Source: an uncultured delta proteobacterium (GTDB taxonomy: Bacteria; Desulfobacterota; Desulfomonilia; UBA1062). Taken from it: a stretch of DNA of 64,000 nt. The position numbers were made by a program, and so were the translations under genes. Positions 30,828 to 41,309 of the stretch are shown piece after piece; the first letter of the stretch is position 1, and each line of letters opens with the position of its first letter. The DNA is taken from NCBI GenBank assembly GCA_963847605.1, contig CAWKAM010000008.1, forward strand, positions 78,084 through 142,083, read 5' to 3'. The notes under the pieces were generated by a model, which worked only from the letters and a program-made list of their open reading frames with translations, made no database searches and was not told the DNA's origin.

Positions 30828-32331
30828 TTATTCGAATACCCGGACACCGGGCATGTCGTGTGCGATGTGCTGGGAAAAGAGATTGATCCTGTTGACCTCG
30901 TTCGTGCCTTCATAGATCTGGAGCAGCTTTGCATCCCGCAGCAGCTTCTCCGCCCCTGCATCGTGCCGCGTTCCGTCGGCGCCCATGAGGTCGAGGGCTT
31001 TTGCGCAGTTCTGAACTGCCATGTCGGTGCACGAGAATTTCGTCAGAGAGCCGAGCCCTGACAAGAGCCTTTCATCCTCGGTGCTGGTCCACTCGAAGTT
31101 CAGCTTGCGGTAGATGTGGTTGACGATCTCGAGGTTGAACAGGGGAGAGACGAACAGGGTGAACATCCAGGCAGGCGTATAGAGCGTGAGGTAGAAAAGC
31201 ACCTTGTTGTAGAGCAACCGGATCATGCTCTTCAAGCCCGGCGGCATAGGCGGCTTCCATGTATACGGCCTGTGCTGCCACGACATTCGCATACATGTCG
31301 GCAATGGCTAGCTGCACCCATTCCTGGTCGATCAGGCTTTCCCCTCCGACCTTCTTTTTCGCGGCATACCGGACGGCGGCATCGCAGGCGGCGCGGGCAA
31401 CGCCTGCCCCGATGGCTGCGACACCGGGCTGGGTTATGGCAGGGAACATGCCGATCACTTTCAGGCCGGCCTGTTTTGCCGAGATGCCCAGGCGGCTGAC
31501 CTGGTTCTTTGAATAGCAGACGTTTTCATCCGGCACGAAGCAGTCTTCGAACACCAGCTCGCTGGCCACGCATGCCTTCTGCCCCATCTTGTGCTCTTTG
31601 TGGCCGAAGCTGAAGCCCTTCATCCCGGTCTTCACTGCAAGCATGATCAGGGTATCTGCGGGCTTCCTTATATCCTCATAGCAGATGAGCATGTGCCAGG
31701 TGCTCACATGGCCGGCAGAGATGAACACCTTGCTCCCGTTGACCATGTAGCCGCCCACAACCTTTTCGGCCTGCGTCCTGACCTTTGCCCCGGGAAGGAG
31801 CGGGGCCTCCGCCTGGTCGGTCCCCGCACCGGGCTCTGTCCATGCGAGCGAGATGAGGCAGGGGTTGCCCTTCTTAGCCTCTCTGACCACGTCGCGGAGT
31901 ATCCTGTTCGTGATCTTCATGTTGCACGACGAGCATAGGACCGAGACCCCCAGATAGTGCGCGCCGATGAGGTTCGCCAGCCCTGCGCACACGGAGGAGA
32001 GCTCTTCCATGAAGGTATACAGGGACAGCATGTTCATCCCCTTTCCGCCGTACATCTTGGGGATCCAGAGGGTGTACAGGCCCCATTCGTTCGCCTTTTG
32101 GATGAAGTCCCGGGGCAGGTACTCATTGTCCTCCATGACCTTCCTGTCCGTCTCCAAATAAATAGGGCGGACGACCTCGTCACTGAATCTCCGCGCCAGG
32201 GCTCTTGCCTCATGAAAATCCGCCTTAATCCGTGCAGGAAGACGATGCTGTGCCTCAAGACTGTTCAGGGTATCTGTAAAGCCGAGGCCTGCAGAAGGAT
32301 ATCCGGATGTCTCCGGTCTGGTTAACCCCAT
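30828..32331 (-). pseudogene. acyl-CoA dehydrogenase, interrupted by a frame change near 31236-31250
   Basis: ORF 31072-32331 carries ACAD N/M domains (WIPKMYGGKGMN...WTEPGAGTD) and degenerates after YMEAAYAAGL. ORF 30828-31304 carries the ACAD C-terminus (LLQIYEGTNEVNRINL). Confidence 0.7.
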
Positions 32332-32515
32332 GATAAATACCTCCTTTCAAATTATTTCAGTTGTAAATACTGTTCCAAAGATAGGTCTTGGGGAGGCCCC
32401 TGTCGACCGGGTTTATAGATCCGGACTCCGGAAACTATATTTTTATAAGATTGCTCTTTACCGGCTCATAGCCATGGTCCAGGCCCGTCGATAATGGCGG
32501 TGCGGGCAGCTGGCT

Positions 32516-33154
32516 TTATAGATCCAGACTGTCCTCACCCTTTGACTGATACTCCTGGCGGAACTCGGAGGGTGTTTTGTCCGTATATTTTTTGAAGCAA
32601 TGGTTGAAGGTGGATTTCGAGTTGAACCCGACATCGTAACAGATCGTGAGAATATTCTTGTCCGACTCACTGATGAGTATCTTCTTCGCCTCCTCGATCC
32701 GGTACGAGTTTATGTAATTACGAAAATTGGTATCGAGCCTCTCGTTCATGAACTGGGACAGCTGGTGAGGGGTGATGGACATCATCTGCGCAAGGCCTTC
32801 AAGGCTTAGGTCAAAATCCTTATAGATATTTTCGACACCCATCAGATATGTCAGGCGCTCAAAGACGACCTCGGTGTCCAGCCCTTTGAGAAGAGACCTT
32901 TCGTACCTGTTCTTCTTGATCTCGTTCTCGATGAGCCGGTAGAAGTTGGGATACCTCATGTTGGACAGGAACATGGAGATATTTATGAGTGTTATAATCA
33001 TCCCGCCCATGAGCAGCGCTAGGTCCGAACCGAGTAAAAAACCAAGGGAGAGAAGGACAATGGATACCAGCGTTGAGAAAAAGGCGGCCAGTATCATAAG
33101 GACCTGCGTCCGTATGCTTTCACTCTTGACGACACTGAGCCCCAACTTGAACAT
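32516..33154 (-). CDS. AraC family transcriptional regulator with N-terminal membrane segment
   Basis: C-terminal AraC HTH (ICYDVGFNSKSTFNHCFKKYTDKTPSEF). Two N-terminal hydrophobic helices. Confidence 0.7.
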   Translation of the reverse strand: MFKLGLSVVKSESIRTQVLMILAAFFSTLVSIVLLSLGFLLGSDLALLMGGMIITLINISMFLSNMRYPNFYRLIENEIKKNRYERSLLKGLDTEVVFERLTYLMGVENIYKDFDLSLEGLAQMMSITPHQLSQFMNERLDTNFRNYINSYRIEEAKKILISESDKNILTICYDVGFNSKSTFNHCFKKYTDKTPSEFRQEYQSKGEDSLDL

Positions 33155-33260
33155 GATCAGGAAATAGACGAAGTTGAAGATCGCACCGGATGCCAGGACG
33201 AGCGTGAACCAATGGTGCAGCGGTGAGTTGATAAGCCCGGCCAGGAATTGTTTTTTCAGT

Positions 33261-33632
33261 TCAAGTTGGCAGGAGCTGGAAGAGAATCTCGCAGACGAGG
33301 GCGGCTGCTGCAGGGACGAATTGAATCTTCAGCTTCACCGACACCGACTTTGCCGGATTCAGCAGGATATGGTGATACAGATAATTTGCAGGGCCGATAA
33401 AGAAAATCGCAGACAGGGAAAGAAAGGTGGCAAGGGGGTATTCCTGGATGACATTCTTCACCTTCAATACGACCATCAGCTGAATAATGCTGTTCCCCAG
33501 AAAAACCAGGAAGTTGAGATAGTTCGACTGGTCTAAGTCTTTCCTGCAGATTTGGGCAACCGCAAAAACAAGGGAAAATCCGACGCCGAAGGTGATTATC
33601 TCCAACATGATTCTCAAGACGATATAAGGCAA
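33261..33632 (-). CDS. polytopic membrane protein, possibly the out-of-frame N-terminal sensor domain of the downstream AraC regulator
   Basis: 123 aa, three to four TM helices. Ends about 107 nt upstream of the AraC ORF in a different frame. Confidence 0.35.
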   Translation of the reverse strand: MPYIVLRIMLEIITFGVGFSLVFAVAQICRKDLDQSNYLNFLVFLGNSIIQLMVVLKVKNVIQEYPLATFLSLSAIFFIGPANYLYHHILLNPAKSVSVKLKIQFVPAAAALVCEILFQLLPT

Positions 33633-34018
33633 GAGAACTCCTTAGCCAAAAGTCATTTCATCGTAGGAGTTGATCTCAGTTAAGAATGTACATTTTCTAA
33701 TGGTGGAACATTACAATACATGATCTCGTCCTACAACATACAAAAACGGGAGTGGATATTGGTTTTAATGTATTTTGCTCGTTACGTTGATCTTGTGCCA
33801 CCAGCTCCGCCTTGAAACGATGTGAGCAGTTACATAGGTTTTAAATTCAGATCTTCAGTTTTCAGACATCTTAAAACCGAAGAGAATCGAAGTCATCAAT
33901 CAAGGCTTATCGTCATGAATGGCGACGGTCGCCATGGCTACTCCTTCGCCAGCTTCGCGAACTCGGAGTAGAAATACCGCAAAGGCTATTTCGTATTCTG
34001 GGCCGCCATGTGGGGGTG

Positions 34019-34273
34019 TTAACGCTGTGTCTCGCGGATCTTTGCCCCGGACAATGGGCCGCCCAAGACCGCACTGACATAGCAAAGGTCGAACGCCCCG
34101 GCGCTCAACGGGAGAACGCTGAACGCCATGGAGATCACGCCGAGCGGGTGATCACGGAACAGATAACCAACTACAAGAAATCCCGTACCGGCGACCAGGC
34201 GAAAAACGCGGCCGGCCTGGCTATTGATGAATCGTGAAAACCACGAACGATTGAAAGCTTCAGCACTGCTCAT
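34019..34273 (-). CDS. DUF2892 (YgaP-like) small membrane protein
   Basis: 84 aa. Pattern RVFRLVAG..VVG...PLG...LSAGAFDLCYVS resembles DUF2892. Confidence 0.35.
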   Translation of the reverse strand: MSSAEAFNRSWFSRFINSQAGRVFRLVAGTGFLVVGYLFRDHPLGVISMAFSVLPLSAGAFDLCYVSAVLGGPLSGAKIRETQR

Positions 34274-34530
34274 GGCGCACCTCCTTGCTAACCGGATAGT
34301 AGTTTGATAGGAGCTTGCGAATAGAAATCAAGTACCGTTGCGCCAGCCCGATCAAATCCAGTTGAAGCTTGAGTCCAAAGGGACGCCGTCCACGAGGACT
34401 GCGGCCCGGATTTGGGGCGAATTACTGGCCACCTGCCGCCGCTTAGATTTGAAACCTGTGATGCATGGGTAATAAACCGGCTTTCAGCCCTTGCTTTCTT
34501 GTCATTTGAAAAACAAAAAAGGAGGGACAA

Positions 34531-34620
34531 TGATGAATCAGGAACGACTGCTTAAGACGGCGTTTTTGGCGGATGCGATAACCGGATGCGCCGGCAATGT
34601 TGCCGGTGTTGGTTCCTGAA
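34531..34620 (+). CDS. candidate 29-codon upstream ORF (leader peptide?) ahead of the pentose-phosphate operon
   Basis: ATGATG... preceded by AAAGGAGGG at ideal spacing. The same GGAGGGACAATGA 13-mer recurs at the gnd-like start (34768-34787). Confidence 0.2.
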
Positions 34621-34779
34621 CCTGCCACCTGCAACTCTCAGGCAGCCCCTTGAAACTACGGGAAGCAGACTTATATCTATACACCTTAACTACCCGTGCC
34701 GGTGGGCAGAAACTTCGACCATACCTGATAAAGGCATCGTGGGCATATCATCCTTCAACGCCGGGTATGAGGAGGGACA

Positions 34780-35718
34780 ATGAACAAATCTCGGGATACA
34801 AAAAGGCCGGGTAAGACCGGGATGAGACTCGGCTATGTGGGCCTCGGAAAGATGGGCTTCAACATGGTGGAGCGGCTCGTTGAAAAGGGGTATGAGCCCG
34901 TGGTCTTCGATGTCAATAAGGATGCTTTGAAGGAAGCAGCCGGCCTTCCGGCCGAACCTGTGGCTGACCTCAAGTCCCTTGTCGAAGCCCTTGCCTCACC
35001 CCGCCTCATCTGGCTCATGATTCCCCACACAACGGTTGATGAGGCCATGAATAGTCTTGTCCGCTATCTCGGCAAGGGAGACACGATCATTGACGGCGGT
35101 AACTCCTATTACAAGGACTCCATGAGGCGTGCAGGAAGCCTGGCGGAAAAGGGCATCGACTTCCTCGACGTCGGCGTCAGCGGCGGACCTGCCGGTGCAC
35201 GCAGCGGCTCCTGCATCATGGTGGGGGGGAAGAAGGAAACTTTCGCCAAATATGAGCGTCTCTTCCGCGATCTTTCCGTAAAAGACGGGTATGGCTACAT
35301 GGGAGGCCACGGGGCAGGCCATTTCGTAAAGATGGTCCATAACGGCATCGAATACGGGATGATGCAGGCCCTGGCCGAGGGATTCACCATTATGAAGCAA
35401 GCCCCCTTTCATCTGGACCTCAGAGAAGTTGCTGACCTCTACAACCACGGCAGTGTCATTACCTCGCGGATCGTGGGATGGCTCAAAGAGGCCTTTGAAG
35501 AATATGGCCAGGGGCTCGATTCCATATCAGGCACGGTCGCCCAGAGCGGGGAAGGCATGTGGACCGTGGAAGCAGGAAGGGAATATGGGGTTTCCGCGCC
35601 GGTTATCGAGGGCTCGGTGAGTTTCAGGACCTTCTCGCAGGACCATCCGAGCTATACAGGACAGGTCCTTTCGGCCCTCCGGAATCAATTCGGAAGACAT
35701 GATGTATTCAAGAAGTGA
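34780..35718 (+). CDS. gnd: 6-phosphogluconate dehydrogenase (decarboxylating)-like, short NAD-binding form
   Basis: LGYVGLGKMGFNMVERL Rossmann motif. 312 aa, typical of the short Gnd/YqeC family. Confidence 0.75.
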   Translation: MNKSRDTKRPGKTGMRLGYVGLGKMGFNMVERLVEKGYEPVVFDVNKDALKEAAGLPAEPVADLKSLVEALASPRLIWLMIPHTTVDEAMNSLVRYLGKGDTIIDGGNSYYKDSMRRAGSLAEKGIDFLDVGVSGGPAGARSGSCIMVGGKKETFAKYERLFRDLSVKDGYGYMGGHGAGHFVKMVHNGIEYGMMQALAEGFTIMKQAPFHLDLREVADLYNHGSVITSRIVGWLKEAFEEYGQGLDSISGTVAQSGEGMWTVEAGREYGVSAPVIEGSVSFRTFSQDHPSYTGQVLSALRNQFGRHDVFKK

Positions 35719-37576
35719 ACTCAGGAGCTGCTTATGCGCTACACCCTCAACAACAGAGCAATTGAAGAAACTCTCAAGGCTGGTCCGTTATTATATTCTC
35801 ACATCAACAACCCGGGCCGGTTCAGGCCATCCCACTTCATCGCTTTCCGCAACGGACCTCATGACCGGCCTGCTTTTCGGCGGGGTATTCAGGTTCGATG
35901 CATCCGATCCGCATCACCCGAACAACGACCGGATAATCTTTTCCAAAGGGCACGCCTCGCCTCTATTCTATGCCATGTGGGCCGCAGCAGGTCAGGTGAG
36001 CTTCGATGAATTGATGACCTTGAGGAAGTTCGGCAGCAGACTCGAGGGCCACCCGACCGTTGCATTTCCTTTTGCAGAGGCATCAACAGGCTCCCTGGGC
36101 CAGGGCCTTTCCATCGGGCTCGGGATGGCGCTCAACGCGAAGTATCTTGATGGCCTGCCTTACAGGACCTATGTGCTCCTGGGTGACAGCGAGATGGCCG
36201 AGGGCTCCCAGTGGGAAGCGATTCAGATCGCAGCCCATTACAAGCTGAACAACCTCGTTGGCATCATCGATGTGAACCGTTTGGGCCAGCGGGGTGAGAC
36301 CATGTACGGTCATGATCTTGAGGCCTATGAGAAACGGATAGCCCCGTTCGGGTGGGAGACAATACTCATCGACGGCCATGACTTTGATGAGATCCTTAAT
36401 GCCTTGAATAAGGCATCGACCTCTGTGGACAAACCCGTCATGATCATTGCGAGGACCATCAAGGGCAAAGGGGTTTCCTTCATCGAGGACAAGAACGGCT
36501 GGCACGGTAAAACCCTCGACAGAGAACAGCTCGCCCAGGCACTGACTGAGCTGGGTGATGTCGATAGATCCGTAATCGGAGAGATACCAGGGCCGGATGA
36601 TGTGAAACCGCAGATTATACAGCCACGCAGTATCAAAGACCCGGATTATCCGCCGGGGAAGCCCGTGGCGACCCGAAGGGCTTACGGCAATGCGCTGGCA
36701 AGGATCTTTGACAAGTTCCCGGATATCGTGGCAATCGACGGTGAGGTGAGCAACTCCACCTTTTCTGAGCTCTTCAAGGCGAAAAACCCCGGCCGGTTTT
36801 TTGAAATGTATATTGCGGAACAGAACATGGCAGGCTGTGCAGCAGGCCTGGCGGCCCGCGGCAAGATACCCTTTGTTTCAACGTTTGCAGCGTTTCTCAC
36901 CCGTGCATTCGACCAGATCAGGATGAGTGAATATTCGAAGAGCAATATCAAATTCATAGGCTCGCACGCCGGCGTCTCCATCGGGCAGGACGGGCCCTCC
37001 CAGATGGGACTCGAAGACATCGCCATGTTCAGAACCCTGCTGGATGGCGTGGTCCTGTACCCCTGCGATGCGGTCTCCACGGAAAGGCTCGTCGAGAAGG
37101 CCGCAGAGCACAGAGGGATCGTCTATATCCGCACCACCAGGATGGATACGCCCATTCTCTACTCCGGCAATGAAGAGTTCGCCATCGGGGGGAGCAAGGT
37201 GCTGCGCATGAGCGGCAAGGATCGGGTCACGATCGTAGCCGCAGGGGTTACGGTCTTTGAGGCCCTTGCAGCCTTCGAGATGCTGAAGAAGGAAGGTATC
37301 CTGCTCAGGGTGATCGATCTCTACAGCATCAAACCCCTTGATCTTGACACCCTCACGGAGGCCGCACAGGCCACGAAGGCGATCATTACCGTGGAAGATC
37401 ATTATGCCGAGGGAGGTCTCGGCGAGGCTGTCCGGGGTGCCCTGTACGCGGAAAAGACTCCTGTACATATCCTTGCCGTACGGAAGATGCCCGCAAGCGG
37501 TACACCGGAGGAGCTCCTCGATTACGAGGGGATTTCGAAAGACAGCATCATCAGGAAGGTAAAGGAGATCCTATGA
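35699..37576 (+). CDS. tkt: transketolase
   Basis: AGSGHPTSSLSATDLMTGL TPP-binding motif. 625 aa. Confidence 0.85.
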   Translation: MMYSRSELRSCLCATPSTTEQLKKLSRLVRYYILTSTTRAGSGHPTSSLSATDLMTGLLFGGVFRFDASDPHHPNNDRIIFSKGHASPLFYAMWAAAGQVSFDELMTLRKFGSRLEGHPTVAFPFAEASTGSLGQGLSIGLGMALNAKYLDGLPYRTYVLLGDSEMAEGSQWEAIQIAAHYKLNNLVGIIDVNRLGQRGETMYGHDLEAYEKRIAPFGWETILIDGHDFDEILNALNKASTSVDKPVMIIARTIKGKGVSFIEDKNGWHGKTLDREQLAQALTELGDVDRSVIGEIPGPDDVKPQIIQPRSIKDPDYPPGKPVATRRAYGNALARIFDKFPDIVAIDGEVSNSTFSELFKAKNPGRFFEMYIAEQNMAGCAAGLAARGKIPFVSTFAAFLTRAFDQIRMSEYSKSNIKFIGSHAGVSIGQDGPSQMGLEDIAMFRTLLDGVVLYPCDAVSTERLVEKAAEHRGIVYIRTTRMDTPILYSGNEEFAIGGSKVLRMSGKDRVTIVAAGVTVFEALAAFEMLKKEGILLRVIDLYSIKPLDLDTLTEAAQATKAIITVEDHYAEGGLGEAVRGALYAEKTPVHILAVRKMPASGTPEELLDYEGISKDSIIRKVKEIL

Positions 37577-38367
37577 GACCTAAAGGTTTGAAAACGAGGA
37601 TATTCCTCGATGGAGGAAATCCCGAAGAAACAAAGGAGATCATCGGCATCCTGGGCTTTCTCGATGGTCAGACCACAAACCCGACCCTTATCTCGAAGAA
37701 CCCTGAGGCAAAAAAACGCCTTGTGGAAGGCCGGAAGTTCCGTGAATCGGAGATACTAAGCTTTTACCGGGATGTGGTCCAAACTATTTCATCCATGATA
37801 CCCGAGGGGTCTGTATCCGTGGAAGTCTATGCCGACCCTTCATCGGTGGCAGAGGACATGCTGCCCCAGGGAAGGGAGATGTTTTCCTGGATTCCCAATG
37901 CCCATATAAAATTTCCCACCTCTCATGAGGGATTGAAGGCGGCAGGCCGGGCAGTGCAGGAAGGACTCAGGGTGAACCTGACCCTGTGTTTTTCCCAAGA
38001 GCAGGCGGCAGCGGTCTATGCCGCGACAAAAGGGGCAAAGAAGGGTGACGTGTTCGTATCGCCTTTTATCGGCCGACTGGATGACAGGGGAGAAAACGGC
38101 ATGGACCTGATCGCAAACATTATCAGGATGTATAAAAAGGGAGACGGCCATGTCGAGGTCTTGACGGCCAGCGTGAGGACATTCGACCATATCCTCTATG
38201 CCCTGAAGCTCGGCTCGGACATCATTACCGCCCCGTTTGCGATCCTCAAGGAATGGGGAGGCAAAGGTCTCCCGTTACCGGCGGAAAATTACCTTTACAA
38301 AGCGCAGGCCTTGAAACCGATCCCCTACAAGGTGATGGATCTCTCTAAGGACCTGGGAGGGCTTTGA
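37573..38367 (+). CDS. tal: transaldolase / fructose-6-phosphate aldolase family
   Basis: IFLDGGNPEE ... GQTTNPTLI motifs. Start overlaps the tkt stop by 4 nt. Confidence 0.8.
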   Translation: MRPKGLKTRIFLDGGNPEETKEIIGILGFLDGQTTNPTLISKNPEAKKRLVEGRKFRESEILSFYRDVVQTISSMIPEGSVSVEVYADPSSVAEDMLPQGREMFSWIPNAHIKFPTSHEGLKAAGRAVQEGLRVNLTLCFSQEQAAAVYAATKGAKKGDVFVSPFIGRLDDRGENGMDLIANIIRMYKKGDGHVEVLTASVRTFDHILYALKLGSDIITAPFAILKEWGGKGLPLPAENYLYKAQALKPIPYKVMDLSKDLGGL

Positions 38368-38456
38368 TATAGCCCACGACCTCACACAAAAGGGTATGGA
38401 ACGATTCTCATCAGACTGGAATTCGCTGATCGGATAAAGCGCCTAGGGATAAAAAC

Positions 38457-38927
38457 ATGAAGGTTGCCATAGGAGCGGATCACAAAGGGTTCCGGCTGAA
38501 GCAGGTAATGGTCGGGTTTATCCCTTCACTGGGCCATGAGGTGATGGACTTAGGGGCCTTCAAAGTGGTGCAATCAGACGACTATCCGGATTTCGCACGC
38601 GCCGTTGCCGAGGCGATCATCGAGGGAAAGGCGGATAGGGGGATCATCATCTGCGGAAGCGGCGTGGGAGCCTCCATAGCCGCATCAAAGTTTCCCGGCA
38701 TCAGGGCGGCGGTTTGCCATGATTCATATTCGGCACATCAGGGCGTGGAGCATGACGATATGAATGTCCTGTGCCTCGGTGAAAGGATCATCGGTGAGGA
38801 ACTGGCAAAGGAAATCGTCTCGCTGTATCTTCAGGCCGTATTTTCAGGCGCCAGGCGTCATGCAAGGCGCCTTGAAAAGGTCAAGAAGATCGAGGAAGAG
38901 TTCATGAAACCCTTGGATGAGAGATGA
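38457..38927 (+). CDS. rpiB: ribose-5-phosphate isomerase B
   Basis: MKVAIGADHKGF ... IICGSGVG motifs of RpiB/LacAB. Confidence 0.8.
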   Translation: MKVAIGADHKGFRLKQVMVGFIPSLGHEVMDLGAFKVVQSDDYPDFARAVAEAIIEGKADRGIIICGSGVGASIAASKFPGIRAAVCHDSYSAHQGVEHDDMNVLCLGERIIGEELAKEIVSLYLQAVFSGARRHARRLEKVKKIEEEFMKPLDER

Positions 38928-40494
38928 TGACTGGAGGCACTACATGGCCGTGAAGGGTCAGGACACCATCATTGACAGCAGGTTTCTCCAGACATGCGAT
39001 ATCCCTGAAGAGCCCTTCAGCATCGATCCTTTCATCATTGTTATCTTCGGCGGTTCGGGAGACCTGGTGAAGAGAAAGCTCCTGCCGTCTCTCTATCATC
39101 TCTTCAAGGAAAACGAGCTGGCGAATGAATTTTCGATCCTCGCCTTTGACAGGGTTCCGATGAGCATCCAGGAGTACCATGTGATGATAAAGGAGGCGGT
39201 GAAAACCTTCGAAGATGACTTTGACGAAACGAGATGGGGTGAGTTTGAGGCTCACCTGTCCTACATGTCAGGGCTTTTTGAAGATGATGAAAACTATGAG
39301 CGTCTGGATGAACAGGTGAAAAGGGTAGTCGCCCCGGCATCCGAAGGGATGAAGAATCTCATATACTATATGGCAATCCCCCCTCAGGTCGCGCCGCTGA
39401 TCATCGAGAAATTGAAAACCCATGGTCTCTGCAAAAATTCTTTCAACACGCGGATCGTGATGGAGAAGCCATTCGGCCGGGACCATGACTCCGCTGCAAA
39501 ACTGAACAGGACACTTATCGATGCCTTCGACGAACCCCAGATTTACCGGATAGACCACTACCTTGCCAGGGACCCGGTCCAGAACATCATCTTCTTCCAT
39601 TTTTCCAACAGCTTTTTCGAGGAGATATGGAACCGGCATTTTGTGGATAATGTGCAGATAACGGTGGCGGAAGAGATCGGCATTGAGCACAGGGGTATTT
39701 TTTACGAGCATTCAGGGGTGGTTCGGGACATTGTCCAGAACCACATCATGCAGCTTCTCGGGCTTATAGCCATGGAGCCTCCCATAGGGTTCAATGCCGA
39801 TTTCATCCGTGACGAGAAACTCAAGGTGTTGCGTTCTATCAGGCCTATGGACACGGCATATATCGACAAGTTCTTAGTGCGGGGCCAGTACGGGCCGGGC
39901 AAGGTGAGAAATGTGCAGACAGCGGGATACAGGGCGGAACGGGACGTCTCACCCGACTCGACCCAGTCCACTTTTTTTGCAGGGAAGTTTTATATCGATA
40001 ACCTCAGGTGGGCGGGAGTGCCCTTTTATCTTAGGACCGGCAAGCGGATGCCTGCACAGGTAACCGAGATATGTATCGAGCTGAAACGGCTGCCTTTGAG
40101 GCTCTTCGGCAGGACATGCGACGTGCTGGAGTCGAACATCCTCAGACTGACAATTCAGCCCGACGAGAAGATATCACTCCGCTTCGGGGTGAAATACCCC
40201 TATTCGAGTAACCAGATCTACCCGGTGAGCATGGTCTTCAGCTACAAGCAGGCCTTCAAGGTGCATCTCCCCCAACCCTATGAGCGGCTCTTGATCGATA
40301 TCTTGAAAGGAGATCTCACCCTCTTCGTGAGAGAGGATGAGATCGAGGCGATGTGGTCGGTCGTAGATCCGATTATCCGGAACTGGGAAGAGAACAAGCC
40401 TGCGGATTTCCCGAACTACGAAGCAGGCACATGGGGGCCTGCGTGCGCCCGGCAACTCATTGAACAGGACGGAAGGAGCTGGATCACGGCTTAG
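38917..40494 (+). CDS. zwf: glucose-6-phosphate 1-dehydrogenase
   Basis: IVIFGGSGDLVKRKLLPSLYHL NADP-binding motif. RIDHYLAR active-site motif. Confidence 0.85.
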   Translation: MRDDDWRHYMAVKGQDTIIDSRFLQTCDIPEEPFSIDPFIIVIFGGSGDLVKRKLLPSLYHLFKENELANEFSILAFDRVPMSIQEYHVMIKEAVKTFEDDFDETRWGEFEAHLSYMSGLFEDDENYERLDEQVKRVVAPASEGMKNLIYYMAIPPQVAPLIIEKLKTHGLCKNSFNTRIVMEKPFGRDHDSAAKLNRTLIDAFDEPQIYRIDHYLARDPVQNIIFFHFSNSFFEEIWNRHFVDNVQITVAEEIGIEHRGIFYEHSGVVRDIVQNHIMQLLGLIAMEPPIGFNADFIRDEKLKVLRSIRPMDTAYIDKFLVRGQYGPGKVRNVQTAGYRAERDVSPDSTQSTFFAGKFYIDNLRWAGVPFYLRTGKRMPAQVTEICIELKRLPLRLFGRTCDVLESNILRLTIQPDEKISLRFGVKYPYSSNQIYPVSMVFSYKQAFKVHLPQPYERLLIDILKGDLTLFVREDEIEAMWSVVDPIIRNWEENKPADFPNYEAGTWGPACARQLIEQDGRSWITA

Positions 40495-40508
40495 GGCAAA
40501 GCTCTAAG

Positions 40509-41309
40509 ATGAGGCGTTTTCTCGAAAGGAATGAACCCGTAAGGATCCATGTCATGGGTGCGCTCGGAAAAGTAATCGTCTTCGATGATAAGGCGGGGCT
40601 TGTGTCTTTTGTCACAAGAAAATGGCAGGGGATTTGTGCGGAATCCCTGAATGAAAGAGGATGCATGACGGCCGCCCTTTCTGGAGGGAATACACCGGTC
40701 GATATATACAGGGCCCTTGCCCTGTGCGACTTCCCCTGGGGAAATATCCGGATCTTTCAGGTAGACGAGAGGTTTGTGCCCAAGGATGGCAAGGACAGCA
40801 ATTACCGCATGATCCGGGAGACCCTCCTCGACACTATTTCAATGCCGAAAGAGAATATTCATGTTGTGGATACAAGCAAGTCGAGCCCCGATGATGCTGC
40901 TAAGGCCTATGAGCAGGAATTGGCCGGGTTTTTCCGATTGCAGCCCGGCCGGTCCCCGAGGTTCGACATCATCATGCTCGGGCTCGGGGAGGATGGCCAT
41001 ACCGCTTCACTCTTCCCGGACAGTTCCCTTCTTGATGACACAAATCACCTGGCGCAGGCCGTGATACTCGATAGTGAGCTCCATGACCGCATCACCCTTA
41101 CCCTACCGGTTATAAATCATGCCCGGCATATCATATTCCTTATCCAGGGAGCACATAAGGCATTTGCACTCAAGAAGATCGTGGAAGAGAAGGACACAAC
41201 CCTGCCTGCAGCCAGGATAAACCCGGTAGATGGCGAACTCCTTTTCGTTGCAGACAGGGAAGCGGCCGGTCTCCTCATGGAGAATACCTACACAAGGGGT
41301 GAACCATGA
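40509..41309 (+). CDS. pgl: 6-phosphogluconolactonase
   Basis: LSGGNTPVDIYRAL and LLGLGEDGHTASLFP motifs. Confidence 0.8.
   Translation: MRRFLERNEPVRIHVMGALGKVIVFDDKAGLVSFVTRKWQGICAESLNERGCMTAALSGGNTPVDIYRALALCDFPWGNIRIFQVDERFVPKDGKDSNYRMIRETLLDTISMPKENIHVVDTSKSSPDDAAKAYEQELAGFFRLQPGRSPRFDIIMLGLGEDGHTASLFPDSSLLDDTNHLAQAVILDSELHDRITLTLPVINHARHIIFLIQGAHKAFALKKIVEEKDTTLPAARINPVDGELLFVADREAAGLLMENTYTRGEP

Noticed and set aside
35734-36009. Alternative-frame start for transketolase (MRYTLNNRAIEE...) with a very good AGGAG site 6 nt upstream.
   Set aside because: Transketolase motifs (…AGSGHPTSSLSATDLMTGL…) are continuous in the other frame from the ATG at 35699. The 35734 frame is open for only 91 codons with no motif. 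It may simply be an overprinted frame, or the RBS may serve an internal restart.
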